From assembly GCF_036321535.1 (NCBI RefSeq), contig NC_087436.1, positions 8,060,001 to 8,124,000 of the forward strand: a stretch of 64,000 nt of DNA. The letters are read 5' to 3'. The translations under genes were made by a program, and so were the position numbers. Below, in pieces: positions 53,166-64,000 of this stretch. The stretch comes from Camelus dromedarius (Eukaryota). Numbering within the stretch: the first letter of the stretch is position 1; each line of letters starts with the position of its first letter. The notes beneath the pieces are model-generated. The model was not told where the DNA came from, searched no databases, and saw only the letters and a list, made by a program, of their open reading frames with translations.

Positions 53166-54749
53166 AACATCACAAAGACACTAGAGCATGAGACAGTGGT
53201 GCAAAGTGATCTGGGACAGTTCTTCCTTAGAGTGGTGAGTCTTGCCATCTTGGAAACCTCCCCTGGCATTTATTTTAAGTTAAGGGGAATAAGCAGATTA
53301 TCAGTGGTGTCCACAGGGCTGCCATGCCTCTTCAAACTCAGCACTAGCTGTGCAGAAACAAAAATAGGTGTAGTCACTCTGCTCAGTGGACAAACTGGGG
53401 ACCATTCTTACAGTACTCACCAACAGCCCTTTTAATGAAATCTGTTGTATTTTTTTTAGTGTCTCTTGGGCTTTTCCTAGTGGTCTACCTACTTGGTCTG
53501 CCCCTTGGGAAACTACCGGCAGATAAAAGATAACCCGCATTGGGATACACATGTAGACATTCATGTAAAGACCAGCCTCTGATGAGATGGAATGGAATCG
53601 AGACTCCTCTTCCTAGAATGTCCCCGACTCACTCTCCAGGCATTATGGTGACTGGATCCATCATCAGATACAGCGTGACGAGAAATCCATCGTCATGTAC
53701 TAGAAGCAAAGTGAACCTCTCCAGGTTTCCGACATGGAGGTGACCTTGCATGCTAGACTGTGGCTCTAGCCAAAAGTTGACCCATTTTTCTCATGGTGCC
53801 AGTGGCCACATTGCAAGAGGTGTGGACTTCACTTGTTCCTTGCAGTTGCCTAGTTCTGTCTTTTATTCCTTCTTTGGAGCTATTATGGGGGCCTCAATTG
53901 TTGACATTATTTCAGGTTAAACATGGATGCTCCAATCCAATCAGATGATTTTACAGTTGTCACTGGGTGAAACTGATATGTTTGTGCTTTTCAGACTCGT
54001 ATACTATTGGCAGTCTGACAATGGTGGCTTTTCGTCACGAAAGTCACTCTGAAATGGGCTGATAAAGGTGAACCATCCAAAGCATCCATTGGGTTTATTA
54101 AACATTAAAACATCATCTTTATAAATTGACCCTAAAATATTTCTAAGCCTGCCTCCTTCACATCCTCCTAGTACACAACTTAATAAGGCACGGTGGTCAA
54201 TGAGTGTGGCTTTTTCCAGAAAAGGATGGTTTCTGCTGAGCCAATTCCTAGATTATGATCAGAATAAAAGGATTTGAGGGTTATAAAGAGATACTTTGAA
54301 ATTTGGGGATTCCATCACAGCCTAATGCTTCTTTCTTTCCTTAACAATAACTCTGAGTGATACCTTGGCCCAAGGGAGACCTAGAGGATTCAAATTTAAT
54401 TCTGATAATCATAATGGAAATGACCATTTGATGGAGTACACTGATCACCAAAAGCACCGCAATTGCCTATGTTGGCCAAAGTGTGGGACATGATCAATCT
54501 CTATTAGTTTGATAAGAATGGCCTTAGGTTTCTGGCATCTGACTCTTTCAAACCAAAGAGCTGGATGAGAGCTGGAAGTTGGAGCCATTAGAAGGAGACA
54601 CACTAATTATTGGTAGTTTAAAAGAGCAAAGCCCTCTCACATACAGAAGGAACACCCTGGCCCTGGAAAACATACAGAAAAGAGGGTCATTAACGATCAG
54701 TGTCTTTCAGAATCACTCCTGAAAACTTGCTCATGAAGGAAACCACCCG

Positions 54750-56460
54750 GTGTGGGTCTCCCAAGCAGTTCCAAGCAGCTTAAATTCAACTGACTGCTGG
54801 ATTTTCCATTGCTTGTCGGAGAATACTGACCAAAACTCCATTCTTCATAAGCTTCCTGAGAAACAGTAAGCTATAGGAAACAGCAGAGAATGACCACTCT
54901 TCCAGCACCAACTACACAGAACACCTGTTAATACCTTCAGATATTTTTCCCACACTCATTCCCACAGCTGTCACCACTCAATCATTGTGTGTGTGTGTGG
55001 GGGGGGGGGGTAAATGAGTGCCACTCAGCTGTTTTCATGGACAAACAGAACAGATTGGACCAATTGTGCATGTTGTCACACCAAAATCAAGCACTAGACA
55101 TTATTTTTCTAAAGAGAATTGGGAAATGCAAGTCTTACTGACTGTCCAAGAGGCCAGATGGAATCATTGACAACCAGTGCCCCCTCACTGACATAGGTCC
55201 CACTTGAAAGAGGGAGATAATTTAATTTTTTATTTAATTGAAGTATAGTCAGTTTACAGTGTTGTATAAATTTCTGGTGTATAGCATAATGTTTCAGTCA
55301 GATATACACATACATATTTTCAATGTCATATTCTTTTTCATTATAGGTCACTACAAGATATTGAATATAGTTCCCCATGCTATACAGTACAAACTTGTTG
55401 TTTATTTTATATATAGTAGTTAGTATCTGCAAATCTCAAACTTCCAGTTTATCCCTTCCCACCCCCTTACACCCTGGTAATCATAAGTTTATTTTCTATG
55501 TCTGTGAGTCTCTTTCTGTTTTGTAAATACATTCATTTGTGTCTTTTTTTTTTTTTTAGATTCCACATATGAGTGATATCATATGCTGTTTTTCTTTCTC
55601 TTTCTGGCTTACTTCACTTAAAAAGACAATTTTCAGGTCCATCTCTGTTGCTGCAAATGATATTATTTCACTCTTTTTTATGGCTGAGTAGTATTCCGTT
55701 GTATAAATAAACCACAACTTCTTTATCCAGTCATCTGTCAATGGACTTTTAGGTTGTTTCCATGTCTTAGCTGTAGTAAATAAGACTGCTGTAAACATTG
55801 CTGAAGAGGGGCAATAATTTTAAACAAACTTTATTTCCAGGGCAACTTGTATACCCTCAGGGTTATACTGTTTTGTTTCAAAGCCAAGTATTAATTTAAC
55901 TCACTCCTGAAAATACTGAGATGTGCACCCTAGTGGTGGTCATAAGACACCATCAAGGATTCAAAAAACACGCAATGAGTAAATCACCTCACACTGATAA
56001 GTCTTGTGGTTAACTCTCCAAAAGGAGGCTTGGTTAATTGGACAAGCTTCTTGGAGAAATAACAGATTCATTATTTAAGCAGGTAGTTATCTCCACAATG
56101 GTAAGCATACAATTAGAAAAGATGCTGTGAAATTGAACCCTATCTTTGGCTAACATGATCAGCAACACCAACTTGGCCTGAGAAGGCATTTAGATCAGCC
56201 TCAGCTTATTGGCCAGGGTTGTTGTAGGCATTTAGGTTGCCCTGAGTGTGCTCCTTGAGGGTCAAGGCAGAATCTGTACAATTATTACTACGTATTATTA
56301 AACCCAGATTAATGCCTTGGCTCTGGGAGAAAGGTCAATATGGAAAGTTAAGGAGAAAGCTACCTGGTTTTGCAAGATAGTCCCTGAGAGTTTATGAGAT
56401 GTGTTCAGCTGATTGGTTTTGTAGCTCTGGGGAACTTGATTGAGGTTAATACTGCAGGAT
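54750..56460 (+). pseudogene. env: Decayed gamma-type retroviral env (SU CWIC-like motif and TM ectodomain), interrupted by an L1
   Basis: One frame from 56101 reads QLEKML*N*TLSLANMISNTNLA*EGI*ISLSLLARVVVGI*VALSVLLEGQGRICTIITTYY*TQINALALGERSIWKVKEKATWF...L*DVFS*L. This is a heptad repeat, immunosuppressive domain and CX6CC relic. Confidence 0.75.
55225..55800 (-). mobile_element. L1 ORF2 C-terminus and 3'UTR inserted in env
   Basis: ORF 55556-55798 (-) [17 protein letters not shown]...EYYSAIKK...LSEVSQ. Flanking ataattt repeat. Confidence 0.95.
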
Positions 56461-56634
56461 AGCCTGCCTCATCCTGTTGACAGTAGCTTTAACTAAATGC
56501 TGAAAGAGATAGAGATTAAGTGGATTTGGTTCCAGGCTATCTGTCAGATCAATCAGAATGGCTCATGACGTACACACTCAGACAGAGAAATCTACCAGAA
56601 GCTAAGAGGATGTAGAAATGAGTGGTGGTATTTT

Positions 56635-57192
56635 TGTCAGGGAATTCTCAATGGTAGTCTCCCATTTCTGTAAGTCATCTGAGCAAAGACACTGACCACC
56701 TTTGTTTTGGATTATTTTTTTAAGGGTGTTGGTGTAGTTTCAGAGCCTTGGAAGATGGAGTAGGGTTTCTATCTAGAGCAAAAGACATGTATGCTTTCAT
56801 TCTGGGAAGACAAAAGTAATGCTTTCCTCCAGAAGAAAGGACAGGTGTTCTTCCTGCTCAGTATGATAAGTTAGTGTCTTCCAGTTGAGAAGAGTAGACA
56901 TGCTTGTTATCTAGGATAAAGTCTGTGGATTCCCTAAGCTCAGAGCTCCTTTCCTGAAACACAGCTCCACTGCATCAGCGGATGTCACCTGACCCCTTCG
57001 TGCTGGTGCCTTTTAGAGCTTGAGGAACCAACATAAGATGTGCCAATACACTGGCCACTGCGACTGCTGTGAGCAACACACTTCCCTTTATTTCTGAGCC
57101 AGAATTTTTATGTCAGGATGCATGAAACTGGTGTGCTAGTGTGCTACCTTAGCTTCCACTGGGAAGCATCTTAGCCCCTTTATAGTTCAGGG
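56635..57192 (+). mobile_element. 3' LTR, LTR40-like (ERVL)
   Basis: aattctc...gagcaaagacactgaccacctttgttttggattatttt...agccttggaagat...gagcaaa...ttccctaagctc...ctgctgtgag...catgaaactg matches the recalled LTR40 consensus. Confidence 0.8.
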
Positions 57193-58609
57193 TGCTCTTC
57201 TTTTATTAAACTGTGGCACTATTGACATGTATCAATAAACTGAAGAAATGATGCAAAAGTCTGGAAATGGTATACCATGAAAGAGAGATTAATAAAGGAT
57301 AAAGGAGCTTTTTGTCTACAGCAGGAAAAAAAAAAAAAAAAGCAGAGAGACCAGGCAGGGTTATGACTAAATATTGCTCAGATCCTCGAACTAGAACCCA
57401 GTATCTTACTAGGTGAACACCTAGGATAAGGGGTGGGCTATATACACCCCAATACTTACAGGAGGAATTATGTAAAAGAGGATTCCTATGACACAAGTCC
57501 TGCTATTAAGTTTTACAGGCAATGTGGTGTCAGAATCGTGTAGTAAAAAACAACTGATTATTGTTACATCTCTGCCTGTAACCTAGAATAATGCACATCC
57601 CATTGCATAGCCAGGGAGCATCATTAAAGTTCTAATACCCCGATTTGATTTCTCATACCTTTAAAGACTGAGTTGGTTTAGCCAAAGAACAGTGAACACT
57701 AGGAGGGTGCAGAGGGTGTGCACTTGGAATCCAAAGAGCCTAATGGCATTAGCAACAGATGCACATCTGACAAGATAAATTGGAGCACAGCGTGGGCAGG
57801 GCACAATCACAACCCAGGAGCGTGATTTTCTTCTTATGAGGGACGCCTTCAGCTGTAGGCATTAGAGCATAAATCTTACATGAAGATGCACTGGTTGCTT
57901 CTTTCCGTTTGTTATTTACTATGGGTCTCTGATTTAGATATACAGATTTGGGATATCCCTTTGCCCCATTCCAACTGGTATAAAGCCTATCCAAACAATA
58001 TATTCCAGTTTCATCAGATGTAACCATGTGTTCGTTGATTCACTCTTAAAATTTATGAAGCCACAACTATCTATTCCCCATTTTTTGACACTTGAAAAAA
58101 ACACTCGGCATAAGGAATTATTCAGCTATTCCATTTATAAGCATTTAATATAGAAATGTCTTAAACTGAGAGCTGCATTTCTAATTTCCATTTCATCAAG
58201 GTGGGCTTAGGAATCTATTTGTTCCTAATAAACTCTTGCCCTAGCCAGGCATTTGAAAGCCAGAAATGGAAATTCTAGCACATATAGTCACCCTTTGTAA
58301 CACAAATGAAGTTTCTGGGGTCTGTATACACACGGGTAATATTCATGAGTTTGATTTTGTAAGTACACATAGGGAGGAAGAAATGCCTCTCAATTAATCA
58401 CTCTTTATCAGTAAAAGTCTTATTTTATAGAAACAACGATGATAAAAATATTCAGGCTAACTATATCACATGGAGAAGTTTTAGAATTGATATTACCAAA
58501 CATTCCACGGAGGCTGGAAGACCACAGTGAGAAAACGAGCAGGAACTAGGGTATTTAGGAAACTCAAATTGCACAATTTGCAGCATTCTCACACTAAAGA
58601 GATAGGACT

Positions 58610-58745
58610 GTCTCATTTGGCCTCATCTGTAAAATGGGTGCAATGCTCTAATAAACTTAGTTTACAAAACTTTTGAAAATATTTAGCACTATGTCTGACA
58701 TATAATATGCTTCAATAAATGTTAACAATTTATACATAATAATAT
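58610..58745 (+). mobile_element. MIR fragment
   Basis: cctcatctgtaaaatggg...tttagcactatgtctgacatataatatgcttcaataaatgtta. Confidence 0.7.
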
Positions 58746-58997
58746 TAACAACAATTATTATGGTCCCTGTGGAAATTTGTCTCACTTTAACTAAAGTTCT
58801 GGAAAGCAGAAATAAATTAAAATGAAAGTGAAATAAATTATAGCAAAGTAAAATATTTAACTTGTCAGGTACGTTTGCAACACCGTATAGATACGTTAGC
58901 AATAATAACTAAATAAAAGATACCATCACTCTGGCAAGAACTATGCTTAGTTAAGAAGACACATTTGGGTACCTTGTTCTAGACTGCTAGGGCCTGC

Positions 58998-59940
58998 CAA
59001 TCAAAAAATGGGCAGAAGACCTAAACAAACACTTCTCCAGTGAAGACATATGAAGGCCAATGGACACGAAAGAATGCCTAGCATCACTAGTTATCAGAGA
59101 AATGGAAATCAAAACTGCAATGAGGTATCACCTCACACCACCAGAATGTCCATCTTAAAAAGTTTACAAATAATAAATGTTGGAGAGGGTGTGGAGAAAA
59201 GGGAACCCTCCTACACTGCTGGTGGGAATGCAGATTGGTGCAGCCACTGTGGAGAACAGTATGGAGATTCCTCAAAAGACTAGGAATAGACTTACCATAT
59301 GACCCAGGAATCCCGCTCCTGGGCATATATCCAGAAGGAACCCTACTTCAAAAAGACACCTGCACCCCAATGTTCACAGCAGCACTATTTACAATAGCCA
59401 AGGCATGGAAACAACTTAAAGGTCCATCGACAGATGACTGGATAAAGAAACTGTGGTGTATTTATACATTGGAATACTACTCAGCCATAAGAAAGAATAA
59501 AATAATGCCATTTGCAGCAACATGGATGGACCCATAGATCATCATTCTAAGTGAAGTAAGTCAGAAAGAATGAAAAATGAAAGTATGATATTGCTTATGT
59601 GTGGAATCTAATAAAAAGACACAAACAAACTTATTTACAAAACAGAAAAAGACTCACAGGCATAGAAAAGAAACTTATTACTGGGGGAAAAGGTGGGGAG
59701 GAATACATTGGGAGTTTGGGATTGGCAGATACACACTACTGTATATAAAATAGATAAACAATAAGGACGCACTGCATAGCACAGGGAACTGTATTCAATA
59801 CCTTGTAGTGACCTGTAATGAAAAAGGATATATATATAGATATAGATACAGATATAGATATATAACTGAATCACTATGTTGTACACCAGAAAGTGACATC
59901 ACATTGGAAATCAACAATCAATCAATCAATCAATAAAAAG
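58998..59940 (+). mobile_element. L1, 3' ~0.95 kb (ORF2 C-terminus and 3'UTR)
   Basis: ORF 59235-59537 [32 protein letters not shown]...[20 protein letters not shown], followed by a (caat)n/A tail. Confidence 0.96.
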
Positions 59941-60029
59941 GCAAAACAGGAGGTTTTTGACCTGAGTCTTAGGCACTGCACAATTTCCCTCACCTACTTC
60001 CCTATAGTAGGTGATCCCAAGTCTGCTGC

Positions 60030-60130
60030 TATAAATTGGGTTCCCCTGAAGCAGAGCCCAAGGCAAGGAGTTAAGTGCAAGTAATTTATTCAGACTTGTA
60101 AGGGAATGAGGAAGGCGAGCAGGGAAGATT
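60030..60130 (-). mobile_element. ERVL LTR terminal fragment (LTR33/LTR16-like)
   Basis: ttgggttcccctgaagcagagcccaaggcaaggagttaagtgcaagtaatttatt. Confidence 0.55.
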
Positions 60131-62331
60131 TAATTAGCTCGAGACATTCCTCAGCAAAAGACTGAAGGGTAAATTGTTAGAAATGACAAAGAAAGACATA
60201 AGGAAAGAAACTCAAAATTCTGTATGATGTGTCAGTATAATCAGATTAACATTTAACTGGCAATTAGGGGTGTTTTGTGACATTTAAAACAAGAACTAAA
60301 ATGAATAACGTATGAGCTTGTACAAATGAATAAATAAAAATAGGATCAAAGCACTTAATGAAAATGGTTTGAAGACATAAAGGCGAAATGAACAGGTTAA
60401 TATATTTTATATTCACAGATAATTGAATGATAGTCACATAAGTCTTAGAATTTTTTTTTCATCAGTTGTAAATATTAACTATAGGCGTGTGAAAATACAT
60501 GCTTTCCTGTATTGTAGGAGTACAAATTACCACAAGATCACTGAAGTGCAAAAAAATTAGCATCCATGAACAGTTCAAATGTGAATACCTGTTGGACACC
60601 ACACCTCTAAGAGGTTTTTTTTCTCAAATTTTAAAATAAAAATTATTCAAGTAACTTCTAAATATTTAACACAAAATGAAATTAAATATTTATTTCTATT
60701 TTAGGGGCAATATATACTCAAACATTGGACTATTTCCACAGAGTTTATATGACCAAGTTTAATAACTGCATTATTGATTAAGAGGTCTTAATATCTTATT
60801 TAATTAAAACACTATTAATATATTTGGTATACCCCCATTTAATTTGGATCTTTGTTATTCTGAATTTTTTCTTTAAAGATACAGACATATAGTCACTTGG
60901 CGCTGGGATTTTTAAGTTTTTAAAGGTTTTAAAGTGTCTTTTCCTTAAACCCAAAACATTAAGGTGCAGGGACTTATCTTCAGACTTCACCCCTGGCCTA
61001 TTTCTTTCCACATCCTAGTCATGATACCTGAAAAGAATGTGGTACCTATTCCTAAAAACAAATAATAATAATAATTATTATTATTATTTAAAAAATTATT
61101 TTAAAAAAAGCATTCTGCATTAAGATAAAAATGCATGTAGTCAAATATCACTAATATTTCTTCTTGTTAAAATGGAGCTGCAGTATAATTACAAAAATTA
61201 TGATTATGAATATATATACACACACATATATAGACATATACATCTATGTATAACTCTGTGTGTTACTTGCTGAGATGACACTGAGGTATCTCTGGAATAA
61301 TACTTGGTAAATTGTGTTTTACATTTGAATGTAAACACAACTTCATTATAGATAAGCATAAAGCTATTTGTAAAAAATACTGCTTCAAACCAGAAAATGT
61401 CCCAGACTAATCATTCAGTGTATGGCTTGGAATATTAAAAAGAAGATTAAAGTTGAATTATTTTATATTGAAACTGCTGCTATGTTTTTAATGACATGAC
61501 TTCATCAGGAACATAAGCCAATTTCCGAGACAGGCAAGAGCTCTTTCCAGGAACTGTGTTAAATATTTAACACACAAAAAATTAAATATTTATTTGTAGT
61601 TTCTTGAAACATTTATTTATTTAAGCACACTTGGGTAAAACTCTTCAATCTGTTTTTAGTGAAGAAATACTTTCTTTATAGTATAATTTGGAAAGGCAGG
61701 AGATTAATGTGTTTTTATTTGGGTAGAAAAGTGGCACCTTAATAGCTTTATGATTTTAATGTACTTCTACGGTGCAAATGAATGTATTTTATATTTTAGT
61801 GCTTAGAATGTAAGTCATTAAAGAGCTTATTTGTTTAACATTTTTGTGACATTTGTTGAATTTGTTTCTTTCTGGTTAAGAACAAAAAAAATGTATCTTT
61901 TAAATTGTTCTGTTACTCTCTTAGTTGCTCATTTAACTGAGATGCATTATGATATTTTAATATTATATTTATGTCATATTCATATCATTTATTTTAATTT
62001 AGTAGTTCTTTCAGTAAACCTAAGAAAACATACTTTTTAAAGCTGTGCTATGAAATAGGTTGTTCGGAATCAATGTGGTGTTTATTCATTTAAAGGGTAA
62101 GTTTTGCTGGTTTTTAATATTGAATAGAGCACAAATCTTCTGAGAGCCCACAGACAGTGGATTCAAAAGTGTTTATGCCAGTAGGTAAATGTCATAAAAA
62201 TCGCAGGTTAAATTGCAATTACTTTCATTGATTTTCCTTTTTCCCTCTTAATAAAAAAAAATTCAATTTATTAAATTCAACTAGAAATGAAAAAACAAAA
62301 AAGTAAGACAGGAAAAAATTATGCTTTTTGA

Positions 62332-62525
62332 CTTGACAAACTTTCTGTAAAGGGTCCAAGAGTAAATATTTAGGCTCTCTGGGCCAAGTGGTCTTGTCGC
62401 GACAACTCGATTTGCTGTGTTTGAACCCAAGTGACCGTAGATCATATTTTAAGGAATGGGTGGCTTTGTTCCAATAAATTTTCATTTGCAAAAACAGGCA
62501 GCTGGCCAGACTTGGCCAGCTCTTG
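62332..62525 (+). mobile_element. MER58A
   Basis: caaactttctgtaaagggtccaagagtaaatatttaggct...gtggctttgttccaataaattttcatttgcaaaaacaggc. Confidence 0.85.
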
Positions 62526-62529
62526 CTTC

Positions 62530-62825
62530 GTACAGTGTGGTCCCCAAACTGGCACTAACACCTCCTGAGCGCTTCTTAAAAATGCAGATTATCAGATCTG
62601 ACCTTGTACCTGCAAAATCAGCATTTTGGTGTGTGGGTTCCAGTAAACTGTGATGTAATATGCCCTCCATCATCTGACTAGCTTGTTCAAACACGGATTC
62701 CTAGACGCCACGTAGAAGAGATTCTGATTCACCAAGTCTGGGATGAGACTGAAAGTTGCCTTTCCAACAACCCCAGGTGATTTCAGTGGGGCTGGCCTCC
62801 AACCACAATTTGGGTAGCACATTCC
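62530..62825. mobile_element. Two adjacent MER5-type elements
   Basis: cagtgtggtcccc...aaaaatgcagatt...aatcagcattttgg, and gagattctgattcaccaagtctggg...cccaggtgat...accacaatttgggtagcac. Confidence 0.75.
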
Positions 62826-62899
62826 AGAAAGCACTAAGCTTATGTCAAGTGTCTTCCTGCCCTAAATAACTCTTAGGCCACGTTTCATTTTTAACTGAA

Positions 62900-64000
62900 G
62901 ATCATCTCAGCCATGCACTCATTCTTTCCTACAAACATAAATACATACAAAAACATACAAATATAAAAATACATATTTGTTGAGAAACTACCATGTGTCA
63001 GTGTATCAGGGATTCAATGTTGAACAGCAAAGACATCAGTTTATGTTATTACTACAAAAATTTTGAGTGAAACTATTTAATTTAAAGGACTGAAACTTTT
63101 ATAAAACTTATTTGATTTATCAAATAAATAACGATTGAGCATTACTTGCAATATTGTTAATTTCCGTGCAAAGTCTTGCGTATATGAAGTTGAGCAAAAA
63201 TAATTCCTAGCACTCCAGAACCTTACAAGCTAGCAAAAGTGTAAAAAAATTCAAAGGATATTTTCTTTACAATGTATAAATTATCACATTTAAGTTGGCA
63301 TGGAAGTGATGTGAACAGGAGTTAACTAGCCAGAGCAAGGAATCCAAACATTAGGAAGACCATTCAAAAAGCTCAGTCGAAATTCAACAGTAAATATTAA
63401 GGGGACTGGAGTGTTTTAGGAGAGTTTGGGCATGGATAATGTTATGGGAATGAGAAACATAAGATTTAAGCTGTAATCTGGTCATATTTTGGGATCTTGA
63501 ACATTTTAAGTCTGGGGACAAGTGGTGACTCCCCCTAAATGAAAACCCAATGACAGATGTTATTAGGGAAGTCAGCTGAGAAGATCTGCATTGTAGAGAG
63601 ATCTCTCTGGTGAAATGTGGAGAGCTAATGGGAGGAGACAAGACTCCACTGGAAAATAGGATTGCAAGAATCAAAACGGTAGCAGAGGAGACAGAGAGAA
63701 GCTGATGATTTGGGATGCTACTGAGGACATGTAACGGCCCATTTGGGATAACGCACTGGATACGTGATGTATCATGAGACAGCAGTGAAGGATGCCATTC
63801 AGATTTCTAGCTTCTTGTGAAGGCTGTCTTATTCAGATTGATTCAGAACCCAACTCCAGTGCTTCCTCCTAGGGGTGGCTTTCCCAGACCATCCTGTTTA
63901 CTGGTTCCCTATCATAGTTACTTTCCAAAGGGGTAGTCTGTCTTATTATCTTTATAATACTTAGTTCAAAATGAAATAATTATCCACGTGTATTTTTTCA
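62900..64000. mobile_element. L2 fragments
   Basis: acatatttgttgagaaactaccatgtgtcag; atttgggtcatatttt-like segment; gatgccattcagatttctagctt; tcctcctagggg..gctttcccagacc. Confidence 0.5.

Larger units (their letters stand above)
53170..56634 (+). mobile_element. 5'-truncated class III ERV internal region (HERVL40-like) with RNase H/integrase and env relics
   Basis: SWAFPSGLPTWSAPW (53464) and WQSDNG (54008). SU-like SLNSTDCWIFHC (~54777-54812). TM-like frame at 56101-56460. Confidence 0.8.

Noticed and set aside
56101..56460. Captured syncytin-like gene
   Set aside because: There are multiple in-frame stops, the CX6CC cysteines are partly lost, and an L1 is inserted within env.
59235..59537. 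L1-derived ORFs (also 22444, 45764, 55556) as functional genes
   Set aside because: They are 5'-truncated ORF2 C-termini without a promoter or the upstream domains.
62014..62102. Strong + donor AGG|gtaagt at 62096/62097
   Set aside because: The reasonable upstream acceptors give in-frame stops; only a very weak acceptor leaves a short open frame.
1..64000. CRISPR arrays, rRNA, operons or prokaryote-like systems
   Set aside because: There is no regularly spaced repeat-spacer structure and no dense ORFs. The recurring motifs are dispersed L1 3' ends in mammalian DNA.

Overview
AT-rich, repeat-dense mammalian genomic DNA. It is most likely camelid (alpaca/camel), judged from a tRNA-Ala-derived vic-1-type SINE and artiodactyl-type L1 3' ends. 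It looks intronic or intergenic. No complete protein-coding gene can be read, and none of the supplied ORFs is a credible gene; the recognisable ones are L1 ORF2/3'UTR remnants. Much of the window is interspersed repeat: about 20 L1 fragments, L2 and MIR relics, hAT/Tigger DNA transposons (MER58, MER5, MER20, MER53, MER47/Tigger5) and solo LTRs. A cluster at 46.3-57.2 kb holds two decayed class III endogenous retroviruses: an LTR16/ERV3-16A3-like provirus, and an LTR40-ended element that pairs an ERV-L-type pol with a recognisable gamma-type env. The best host-gene evidence is one isolated 99-nt, frame-preserving + strand exon candidate (8207-8305) that I cannot assign to a gene. Other notable structures are an L1 3' transduction, a twin-primed L1 inversion, a duplicated forkhead-type palindrome module and a small CpG-retaining patch. 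Repeat family names come from recalled consensus similarity, not a database search, and repeat boundaries are approximate. I found no convincing novel biological system.
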